Source: Ascoidea asiatica JCM 7603 | Lineage: Eukaryota > Fungi > Ascomycota | Assembly (NCBI GenBank): GCA_001600695.1 | Contig: BCKQ01000013.1 | Location: forward strand, 64,045 to 128,044 | DNA: 64,000 nucleotides | Direction of reading: 5' to 3' | In this document: positions 34,242 to 43,992 of the stretch, piece by piece | How the letters are laid out: each line of letters starts with the position of its first letter | How positions within the stretch are numbered: the stretch's first letter is position 1 | Notes under the pieces: generated by a model | The model's database searches: none | Told to the model about the DNA's origin: nothing | The model's input: the letters and a program-made list of their open reading frames with translations, nothing else | Position numbers and translations under genes: made by a program

Positions 34242-37200
34242 ATGCCAATAAAAAAATCAATTAGAAAGAATATCAAAAATATCAATAATAATAATAATAA
34301 TATAAATGCAAATACCAATGGAAGTACAAATCTCAATGGAAATATGATTCATAATAACAATAATAATAATAATAATAATAATAATAATCTCACTAATGGT
34401 AATATAAATCCAATTTCAAATTCAAATCCAAATACAATTAATAATAATATTCATTCAAATGGTAATTCAAATTCTCCTCGAAATAGAAATATAATCGGAA
34501 ATGATTATATTCATTCAAATGGAAAAATAGATTATAATTTACCAAATGATAATATATTCAATAACAATAACAATAATAACAATAGTCTCAAGAGTAATTC
34601 AAGTAATCCAAGTACTTCAAATACAAATCAAACTCAGATTTCTTCAATCAATAAAGATGATCATTTCAAATATAATTTTAAAATTTTCTACCTAGATCTT
34701 TCAAAAAATCAATCAAATATAATTTTACAAAAAAAATTAGAAAAAATTAAACTAAATTTAAAATCAAATAATATTTCTTATCATAATAATTTAAAATCTT
34801 TAACAATTAATTTAATTCAATTATCAAAATTAGAAAATGATTTAAATTATCCAACTGTAATTTTAATAGATTTTCAAAATTCTAATTCTTTAAAAATTTT
34901 AGATAATCCATTTTATTTAAATAAAGATTTTAATACTTTTAAAATTTATAAAAATTTAAATGACTTATCAAATTCTTTTAATGATATTTTAATGTTTTTA
35001 AATATGTTATTTTATCATTTAAATTTAATTATAACTTCAATTAATGAATTCATTTATAATGATTTAAATGATTCAATTTTAAAAAAAAACTTCTCAAATT
35101 TATTATCTGATATTTTATTAGCTTCTGATTTTTTCCTAAAAAATAGAATTAAAAGAATGAAAACTTTAGTTGGTTTAAATACTTGTGAAAATAATATAAC
35201 TTTTAATTTCAATAATCTTATAAATAAAAATTGTTGTGGTAATTCATCTTATGTTCATTTTTATCATAATAAATTAAATAATAATAATTTAAAAAATTTA
35301 ACTTCTACACCTTCTGAATTAAACTCAATTTATTCATATCCACCTTATAATATAATTTCATTTCCAAATTATCTAAGATCAATGAGTTCAAATTTATCAA
35401 TGATTTTTCAAACAAATTCAACTTCAAATTTATTCAATTTAAACTCTTCTTTAATTTTCAAACAAAGATTTTTAAATTTCTTAGATTTAATTATAAAATC
35501 AATTGATTTTGATACAATTTTAAATATATCTCCAAATAGAAAATTTTTTATAAAAGAATTTTGTGTAGATTCTTGGTATTTTCCTTCTCATGATTTAAAT
35601 TATGATGAATTAATTTATACTGCATATATAATTTTAAAAAAATGTTGTATAGAAATTAAATTAAAATATTCAAATATAAAATATTCAAATTATATTTTAC
35701 CTTCTGATAATAAATTATTAATATTTATATTTGCAATTAAAAATTCATATAATTCTGGTAATAAATTTCATAATTTTAGACATGCTGTTGATGTTTTACA
35801 AGCAACTTATTATTTTATTTTAAAATTAGGTTTCTTAAAAACAGATTCTTTAATCTATAAAAAAATTATGAAACATAACTTACTTTATAATAATAATAAT
35901 AATAATAATAATAACTCTAAAGATGATGATAATGATGATGATATAATTTTAAAACAAAAAAAGAAATCAATAACAGAAATTGTTCAAAATGAATCAATGA
36001 ATAATTCAGATAAAATTGGAGAAGAATTAAATCCATTAATTGAATATACAAATTATCTTAATAATCCAGAAAGTTATGTAAAAGAGTTATATGGAAATTT
36101 TCAAAATAGTAAAGAAGAAGAAAAAAATTTAAAAAATAATAATGTTGAGAATATTATGAAACCATTTGAAATATTATGTTTATTATTAGCAGCAATTGGT
36201 CATGATTGTGGACATCCAGGTTTAACAAATGGATTTTTAATTAAACATAAATCACCATTATCAATAATATTTAATAATCAATCAGTTTTAGAAAATTATC
36301 ATTATATAATGTTTGAAAAAATTTTAGAAAATCTTTGGTATGATGATGAAATATTAAAGTTTGCAAAAAATGAAGATAATAATAATGATAATGATAATGA
36401 TATTGATATAAACATTGAAGAAAATATTATAACAAAAGATTTAAAAGGTTTAATAACAGAAAGTATATTGGCAACAGATATGGCAAAACATTCAGAATAT
36501 ATTGATAAAATTAAACTGTTTAAGAAATTAAATGATAAAAATAAAAATAAGAATAAAAAGAGTAATTCAAGTAATTCAAGTAATTCAAGTAATTCAAAAA
36601 GTTCGAAAAGTTCAAAAGAAACAAATGAATTAAATGATAAAAAGATTGGTTTGAATTTATCATCTAAATTATTAAGTTCATTATTAATAAAATGTGCAGA
36701 TATTTCAAATGTTACAAGACCATTAACATTATCAACACAATGGGGTATAACATTAAGTAAAGAATTTGAAGAAATTTCAAAATTAGAGAAAATTTTAGAA
36801 TTAAATAATAAATTTAAAAAACTTGTATTTACAAGTAAAATTAATACAGAAAATGTTAAAAATATTGATTCATATATTTTAAAAAATTTTAGTAAAGAAG
36901 AATTAGAATTAATTTCATTTGAAAATATTAATGAAGATGATGAAAAAGATTTTAAGAAAAATGGATTATATGAATCAAATTATAATAATGGTTCCAATAG
37001 TCATAATAATAATAATAATAATAATAGTAATAATAATAATAATAGATTGAATTTCATTTCATGTTTACAGAAAAATCCTGAATTATTTAAAAGTCAAACA
37101 TTTTTCATAGAAACATTTGCATCAGAATTATTCAAAAGTATTAAAGAAATATTACCAAGTTTAAAATTTTGTGAAGATATTGTTGAGAAAAATGTTGAAT

Positions 37201-37292
37201 TTTGGAATAAGGTTAAAATTGATTATGAAAAAAATAATAGTAAAGAATTAATGACATTAGATGAAATTTTAACATTTAGAAGAGTTTATTGA
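34242..37292 (+). CDS. PDE2: High-affinity cAMP phosphodiesterase (class I)
   Basis: FHNFRHAVDVLQA, AAIGHDCGHPGLTNGFL, SVLENYH, ILATDMAKH and LLIKCADISNVTRP. Confidence 0.95.
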   Translation: MPIKKSIRKNIKNINNNNNNINANTNGSTNLNGNMIHNNNNNNNNNNNNLTNGNINPISNSNPNTINNNIHSNGNSNSPRNRNIIGNDYIHSNGKIDYNLPNDNIFNNNNNNNNSLKSNSSNPSTSNTNQTQISSINKDDHFKYNFKIFYLDLSKNQSNIILQKKLEKIKLNLKSNNISYHNNLKSLTINLIQLSKLENDLNYPTVILIDFQNSNSLKILDNPFYLNKDFNTFKIYKNLNDLSNSFNDILMFLNMLFYHLNLIITSINEFIYNDLNDSILKKNFSNLLSDILLASDFFLKNRIKRMKTLVGLNTCENNITFNFNNLINKNCCGNSSYVHFYHNKLNNNNLKNLTSTPSELNSIYSYPPYNIISFPNYLRSMSSNLSMIFQTNSTSNLFNLNSSLIFKQRFLNFLDLIIKSIDFDTILNISPNRKFFIKEFCVDSWYFPSHDLNYDELIYTAYIILKKCCIEIKLKYSNIKYSNYILPSDNKLLIFIFAIKNSYNSGNKFHNFRHAVDVLQATYYFILKLGFLKTDSLIYKKIMKHNLLYNNNNNNNNNSKDDDNDDDIILKQKKKSITEIVQNESMNNSDKIGEELNPLIEYTNYLNNPESYVKELYGNFQNSKEEEKNLKNNNVENIMKPFEILCLLLAAIGHDCGHPGLTNGFLIKHKSPLSIIFNNQSVLENYHYIMFEKILENLWYDDEILKFAKNEDNNNDNDNDIDINIEENIITKDLKGLITESILATDMAKHSEYIDKIKLFKKLNDKNKNKNKKSNSSNSSNSSNSKSSKSSKETNELNDKKIGLNLSSKLLSSLLIKCADISNVTRPLTLSTQWGITLSKEFEEISKLEKILELNNKFKKLVFTSKINTENVKNIDSYILKNFSKEELELISFENINEDDEKDFKKNGLYESNYNNGSNSHNNNNNNNSNNNNNRLNFISCLQKNPELFKSQTFFIETFASELFKSIKEILPSLKFCEDIVEKNVEFWNKVKIDYEKNNSKELMTLDEILTFRRVY

Positions 37293-37787
37293 TTGAATCA
37301 ATAAATAACAAATCATTTTTTTTGGTTCTTCTTCCTTTTTTTTTCTGTTCAGTTTTTAAAAAGTGTGTTAGTTTTAGTTTTAGTTTTAGTTTTAATTTTT
37401 GTTTGTTAATGATTTGTTTTAGTAATTGTAATGTTATTTTAGCTGAAATGAATAAAAGAAGAAAGAAAAGGAAGAAACTATAGAGAAGTGTCTAAGGATA
37501 TTGGGTATTGTTTTCTTGTTGTCTGGTTTATTTCATTCTATTTCTTATTCTCTCTTTCTTATTCTTCTTTTATTCTTCTTTTATTCTCTTTCTTATACAG
37601 TATATTTTGTATTTTTGTATTAATATATTAAAATGGTTTGTAATATAAAATTGGCCATTCTCGGAATCGAACCATTTCCTTAAAATCACCAGAAATTCGT
37701 CAAATTCTAAAAAATCACTAAATTTGAAAATCCCACGGTTAAAAACTTGTTTTGAATGAAAAAGTGAGTTTAAAGAAAAGGGTAATT

Positions 37788-37887
37788 ATCACATGACCAT
37801 AATACATCATGTGACCACTAACATCATGTGATATTACTATATTACATGACCTGGTCACTCCTTGACGTCGCTTTCCTATCACATGAC
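37788..37887. promoter_or_regulatory. Cluster of four RTCACATG (Cbf1-type) sites plus a variant, upstream of HAL3/SIS2
   Basis: ATCACATGAC (37788), ATCATGTGAC (37806), ATCATGTGAT (37823), ATTACATGAC (37841) and ATCACATGAC (37878). Confidence 0.55.
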
Positions 37888-38191
37888 CATGCCCCAGAGA
37901 ACAATCACAGAACAAAAAAGCACTTGCACGAATTTTCTGGGCGATTTCGATTTTCGAAACTTCTTTTGGTTTTGGTTTTGATTCTGATTTTGATTTTGAT
38001 TTTGATCCATTTCTGTTAATCTTTCTGTTTAAGACTTTTCAAAATCTAAATTTGCTTCTTATTATTATTTATGAACAAGAAATAATCAATAACCAACAAG
38101 AATTAAGAAATAACTAAATAAGAAATATTTCTAATAAATACTTCAATATATCCCTGTGCTCTTTTGTAAAAATTATTTTCCATAATCTCAG

Positions 38192-40630
38192 ATGAATTTA
38201 TCTGAAAAAGAACCTCCTCCTCCTGCTTCTTGTGATATTCATCATAATCCATCTTTAAATTCTAATAAAAATATGTCAAATAATAATAATCAATCTATTC
38301 TGAATATGCCAAGTGCAAATAGTTCTTGTGTTACTTTTGATGAAAATTGTTCAAAAAGAGGTTCAATATCAAAATCAAAATTATCTTTTTTAAATCCAAC
38401 TACAAATTTAAATTCTCCTTCTCCAAAATTACAACAATCAAATAATTCTTTAATTCATTCAATTGATAATAATAATATTAATAAATCTAATATTAAATCT
38501 AATAATAAACCTAATAAAAGTTCAAAATCTATTTCAAATAATACTAAATCTATAGATAATATTAATGATAATAGTAATATTAATAGTAATACTAATAGTA
38601 ATTCTTCAATAGATAATAATAATAATAATAGTAATAATAATAAAAAATTAAATAAAAATTCAATTAAAATTAAAAATAAAGGTAAAAATAACTTAAATTC
38701 AAAAGATTCTGTATCTCCAACAATTTTAGCCTTATCTAATTTAAGATGTCCATCTCCACCTCCAATTTTAAATAAACCTCCAATTAATAATACCACCAAT
38801 TCTACTACAAATAATAATATTAATAATAATAATAATACTAATATTAACAGTTATAATGATAACTATCATGATAATGAATCAATCTCTGAATTATTATCCT
38901 CTAATTCAAATCACTCCATTCAATCAAATCATTCTATACATTCTTTATCTAATGTCCCTTCAACAAGTAATCAATCAATCAAATCCATTCAATCTTATCT
39001 CTCTTCTTCCAACAACAACACCAATACCAACAACAATAATACCAACAACAACAACAATAAGCAAACAGTTCCCGCCGGTGGTGCTCTTTTAGCCAAAACT
39101 ACTGCTGTTCAAACTGCAATAGTGGCCTCTTTAGCCGCCGCCACTGCAAGAGGAAGGCAATCAAACATTCTATCAAAGGATAATTTATTCAAAGATAATC
39201 CATTGAAAGACATCAAAGATATGAAAGATATAAAAGATAATTCAAATGTAAATACTATTGAAAATATTAAACTAGAAAATTCAAATAGTAACAGCAACAG
39301 CAACAGCAATACATCCAATAACAATTCTAATATCTCAAATAGTCAAGATGATTTAATTTCTTTAAATTCTATTAATGGTTTACCTTATAATACTCATAAA
39401 AAAAATTCTTCAATTCACGCTCATTTTTATATAGAAGATACTGTAAAACATCCAAGATCAAGAAGTGCTTCAATAAATAAATTAAATAATTCTAATCCTT
39501 TATTAGTAAATAATACAATTAATAATGAAAATCCAATTATATCTCCAAAACTTTTTCAATCATCCATTAATTCAAATAATGTAAATAATATAAATAATGT
39601 AAATAATATAAATAATATAAATAATTCAAAAAAATCAAATCAAATAATTTCAGAAACTATAAATTCAGATCCAAGATTACCACAAGATGATGGAAAATTT
39701 CATGTTTTATTAGCTGTTACTGGTTCAATATCTTCAATTAAAGTTAAATTAATTATAAATAAATTAGAAGAAATTTATTCTTTCAATAAACTTTCAATTC
39801 AATTAATTTTAACAAAAGCTGCTGAACATTTTTTATCAAGAAATGATTTTAATTCAAATATTAGAATTTGGAGAGATAAAGATGAATGGTTAACATGGAA
39901 TTCAAGATCTGATCCTGTTTTACATATAGAATTAAGAAGATGGGCTGATATTTTAGTTGTTGCTCCATTATCTGCAAATACTTTATCTAAAATTTCATTA
40001 GGTTTGTGTGATAATTTAATTACAAATGTTATTAGAGCTTGGAATACTCAATATCCAATATTATTAGCTCCTTCAATGGTAAGTTATGCTTATAATTCTC
40101 CTTCAACAAAAAGAAATTTACAATTTATTAAAGATTATATGCCATGGATTGAAGTTTTAAAACCAACTGAAAAAGTGGTTGGTAGTTATGGTGATATTGG
40201 TATGGGTGGTATGATGGATTGGAATGAAATTGTAAATAAAATTGTTATGAAATTGGGTGGCTATCCAGAAGATGATGAAAATGATGATGAAGATGATGAT
40301 AATGATAATGATAATAACGAAAAGGATGATGATAATGATGACGACGATGACGACGATGATGATGATGATGATGACGATGATGACGACGATGACGATGATG
40401 ATGACGAAGACGATGATGAAGAAGAAGATGATAATGATAATGAAGATCAAAATGAAGGAAACAAACAAGATCAAGTAATAGAAAAAAATAATATTACTAA
40501 TTTGGATAAAAGAACTATAAATAATAAATCCGAAATTCATAAACCTTCTCGTCCAAGAAAAATGACTTTAGCAGATGAAGATGAATTAGAAGAATTTAAT
40601 CGTCGTACTAATTCTTTATCATTAAAATAA
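38192..40630 (+). CDS. SIS2: Hal3/Sis2/Vhs3-type PPC-decarboxylase subunit and Ppz1 inhibitor
   Basis: DPRLPQDDGKFHVL, LHIELRRWAD (His retained), PSMV, and GDIGMGGM without the Cab3-type catalytic Cys; acidic tail. Confidence 0.9.
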   Translation: MNLSEKEPPPPASCDIHHNPSLNSNKNMSNNNNQSILNMPSANSSCVTFDENCSKRGSISKSKLSFLNPTTNLNSPSPKLQQSNNSLIHSIDNNNINKSNIKSNNKPNKSSKSISNNTKSIDNINDNSNINSNTNSNSSIDNNNNNSNNNKKLNKNSIKIKNKGKNNLNSKDSVSPTILALSNLRCPSPPPILNKPPINNTTNSTTNNNINNNNNTNINSYNDNYHDNESISELLSSNSNHSIQSNHSIHSLSNVPSTSNQSIKSIQSYLSSSNNNTNTNNNNTNNNNNKQTVPAGGALLAKTTAVQTAIVASLAAATARGRQSNILSKDNLFKDNPLKDIKDMKDIKDNSNVNTIENIKLENSNSNSNSNSNTSNNNSNISNSQDDLISLNSINGLPYNTHKKNSSIHAHFYIEDTVKHPRSRSASINKLNNSNPLLVNNTINNENPIISPKLFQSSINSNNVNNINNVNNINNINNSKKSNQIISETINSDPRLPQDDGKFHVLLAVTGSISSIKVKLIINKLEEIYSFNKLSIQLILTKAAEHFLSRNDFNSNIRIWRDKDEWLTWNSRSDPVLHIELRRWADILVVAPLSANTLSKISLGLCDNLITNVIRAWNTQYPILLAPSMVSYAYNSPSTKRNLQFIKDYMPWIEVLKPTEKVVGSYGDIGMGGMMDWNEIVNKIVMKLGGYPEDDENDDEDDDNDNDNNEKDDDNDDDDDDDDDDDDDDDDDDDDDDDEDDDEEEDDNDNEDQNEGNKQDQVIEKNNITNLDKRTINNKSEIHKPSRPRKMTLADEDELEEFNRRTNSLSLK

Positions 40631-41377
40631 CTCTTTCTTACTTCTTCTTTCCTCGTAATTCTTTCGTTAATATTCTTTCATTAATAATTTCTCATCAATA
40701 ACCTTTCATTATTATAATTTGTACAAATTTTTGGTATTTCATCTATTGGTTTAATTAAAATTCATTTTCTTTATTGTATATTATTGAGTGTTTTTTTTTT
40801 TGGTTTAATATTAACTCAAGTACTCATGTCACTCTTTATATTTCAAAAACTTAATATTCTCACAATTTCTTTTTCTCAATAGTCTTTTTTGTATAATTTT
40901 TTTTTGTTTATTTTTGTTCAATCTTGCTTCTTTTTTTTCTTCTTCTTTTTATTTCTGCTTTTAATGTTTATTTGTTATTTCTTTTTGACAACTGTGTTTT
41001 ATTTTTTTTTTCAATCTGATTTCTTGATAAATCGCTTAATATAATAATATCTTGAATTTTTCTGAATAGTTTTAGTCTAATAATTAAAATAGTAATAAAA
41101 ATAGTAATAAAAATGATAAATTTTCTTGTTGTTGAATGTTTTATTACTGAAAACGGTTGTTTGCTTAAGTACTGTAAAATCGCTTAGTAAATTCACTTTT
41201 TGCTTATTTTCTGCTTAATGCGGTCAAACTTCAGAAAACTTGATTTTTTCTACGATTTCATAACAAACAAAACAAAAGAAAAGAAGAAAAGAAGAAGAAA
41301 AGAACCTTTATTTTTGTTCTCTTTTAGATAATAACAGAACAGAACTTAGAAAAGAAAGAATAGAATCAAGTGGAAAC

Positions 41378-43324
41378 ATGTCTGCTTCTACGAGTGCTCC
41401 TCAGGTTTATGGAGGCGATGAAGTTGGCGCCATTGTTTTAGATCCTGGATCTTATTCAACTTCTGGTGGTTTTGCAGGAGATGATTTTCCAAGAGTGACA
41501 GTTCCATCATTTACCTCGTATGATCCAACTATTGAATCAATTGATGTTGAAAGAGACAAGTATAGTAATAATTATGAAAGAAGAAAGCATTATTATTATG
41601 GAGAATCAATTGATTTACCAAGATCAAATTATGAAATCAAACCAATAATCAAAGATTCAAATATTCTAGATTGGGATTCATCAATTGAATTATTTGATTT
41701 TATTTTCAAAGAAATGTATTTAAACCCAGATGATTTAAAAGAATATCCTTTATTATTAACTGAAAGTATATGGAATAGTAAAAAAAATAAATTAAAATCT
41801 ATGGAAATTTTTTTAGAATTTTTTGAAAATCCTGGATTTTATATGGTTAAAAATCCAACATGTTTATCATTTGCAAGTGGTAAACCAAATAGTTTAGTTA
41901 TTGATATTGGTCATGATATTTCAACAGTTACACCAGTTATTGATGGTATGTGTTTAATTAAAAATACAACAATGACACATTATTCTGGAAAATTTTTATC
42001 ATTATATATTGAAACATTTTTCAATAAAAATAAAATTGAATTAATTTCAAAATTTTTAATAAAATCAAAAATTCCAAAAATTTATTCATTTAATGAAGAA
42101 ATTAATAAAAGAAATAAACCAATTTTTGAATTAAAAAAATTTAAAGATATTAATTTAACAAAAAGTTTTAAAAATTATCATAAAGAAAAAATTTTAAATG
42201 AAATTAAAGAAACAATTATAAGAATTGATAAATATGGATATGAATCAATAGAAATTTTTAAAAATCAAGATTTAAATAAAATTTTAAAACAAAATTTAAA
42301 TCAAAATGATAATTCTGATAATAATAGTTCTAGTCCAAGTTCAAATTCTAATTCAAATGCAGTTTCTAATGCTAATGCAAATGCAATTTTAAATGAATTA
42401 AATAATTATTATAATAATAATTATAATAATGGAAATCCATTTGAACTTATAAATTTTGAATTACCAAATGGTTTACAAATTGAATTTAATGAAAATAGAT
42501 TTAAATTTGGAGATATTTTATTTTCACCAAATAAATTTTTTGAAGAATATAAAGAATTTAAAAGGATTTATAAAGAAGAAAATGGTAATGATGACGATAA
42601 TAAAAAGGATAAAAATATTTATGATTCATTTGAATGGGTAGAAGAAAATGGAGAATTGGAAATTAATACTGGATTAGATAATGATTATATGTCATTTAAA
42701 AAATATAAAAAAAAAGAAAATTTAATAAATTTAAGTAATAATTTAAATAATAATAAAATTAATAAAGATATTAAAGAAAAAAGTAATGAGATAGTTAAAA
42801 AAGAAGAAACTACAAATATAAATGATATTAAAAATGAAAAAGAAAATAAAATAGATAATGAAGACATAAATATAGATAAAGATAAAGATAAAGATAAAGT
42901 TATAGATAAAGTTATAGTTAAAGATAAAGATAAAGAGAATGATAAAGGTAAAAATAAAGATAAAGATAAAGAAGTTATTAGAGAAATAAATAGAGTAATA
43001 CCGGGTATAGCAGAATTAGCACAAATGTCATTATCATCAGTTGATACAGATATTAAACCACAAATTGCCCATAATATAATAATAAGTGGATCATTATCGT
43101 TAATACCAGGATTTAATGAAAGACTTAATGATGAATTAATTAAATTAAATCCAGGTATGAAAATTAGAGTTCAAAGTATGGGAAATTTTTATGAAAGAAA
43201 ATTTCAAAATTGGATTGGTGGTAGTATTTTAGCAAGTTTAGGTACATTTCATCAACTTTGGGTAAGTAAAAAAGAATATGAAGAAATTGGTGCAGATAGA
43301 TTAATTGTTGAAAGATTTAGATAA
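41378..43324 (+). CDS. ARP4: Nuclear actin-related protein 4
   Basis: QVYGGDEVGAIVLDPGS, GFAGDDFP and WIGGSILASLGTFHQLWVSKKEYEE..DRL..RFR. Confidence 0.96.
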   Translation: MSASTSAPQVYGGDEVGAIVLDPGSYSTSGGFAGDDFPRVTVPSFTSYDPTIESIDVERDKYSNNYERRKHYYYGESIDLPRSNYEIKPIIKDSNILDWDSSIELFDFIFKEMYLNPDDLKEYPLLLTESIWNSKKNKLKSMEIFLEFFENPGFYMVKNPTCLSFASGKPNSLVIDIGHDISTVTPVIDGMCLIKNTTMTHYSGKFLSLYIETFFNKNKIELISKFLIKSKIPKIYSFNEEINKRNKPIFELKKFKDINLTKSFKNYHKEKILNEIKETIIRIDKYGYESIEIFKNQDLNKILKQNLNQNDNSDNNSSSPSSNSNSNAVSNANANAILNELNNYYNNNYNNGNPFELINFELPNGLQIEFNENRFKFGDILFSPNKFFEEYKEFKRIYKEENGNDDDNKKDKNIYDSFEWVEENGELEINTGLDNDYMSFKKYKKKENLINLSNNLNNNKINKDIKEKSNEIVKKEETTNINDIKNEKENKIDNEDINIDKDKDKDKVIDKVIVKDKDKENDKGKNKDKDKEVIREINRVIPGIAELAQMSLSSVDTDIKPQIAHNIIISGSLSLIPGFNERLNDELIKLNPGMKIRVQSMGNFYERKFQNWIGGSILASLGTFHQLWVSKKEYEEIGADRLIVERFR

Positions 43325-43371
43325 TTTAAATTAATTAATTGTTTTGTTTGAAATCATAAGTAATATTCCTG

Positions 43372-43409
<38 letters not shown>

Positions 43410-43992
43410 GTAAATGGGATAATCAATGAACCGAATAAGAAAGAAAGAAAGAAAGAAACCAGTGCTTCTTGGGAGGTCTCATTGATCTGACTCACGAAAC
43501 GCATAACCACCACAAACACCATCTTTTGAACTGTCTCTTGCACCATCTTTGCACCATCTTTTTGTGGCGGTGGCTGGTAGTCCAAAATAAGATTCAAGTG
43601 GCTTTAAGAGGCTAGTCAGTGTGGCTGATTTAACCGTGCAAAACCACCGCAAAACTAAAACTGAAAACGCGCGCTGAAACTGCTCAATCACGTGCCGTGT
43701 TATTTATTTTTTGTTTCATTGCGAAAATATTTTGATCCGTTGGAAAATCGCAGAAAAAAAAGCAGAGAACTCAGGAAATTAAAATAAATAAAGCAATAAA
43801 ACAATAAAACAATAAAACTTGTTGAAACGACAGAAGAGTTAAAATATTTAAACAGAAACAAGAGAAGCTGATTCATTCATTCCATCTGAATTATCATCAT
43901 AACTATTTTATTGATATATTTAGCAAAAGGAGACCCATTATTGTATACTATCATCATTAATACAAGATTAATATTTCAAATTATATAAAAAA

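Noticed and set aside
37655-37835. Point centromere (CDEI sites plus a TTCCGA about 145-160 bp away on the minus strand)
   Set aside because: The spacer is not AT-richer than background, the CDEIII context is poor, and similar clusters occur in other promoters.
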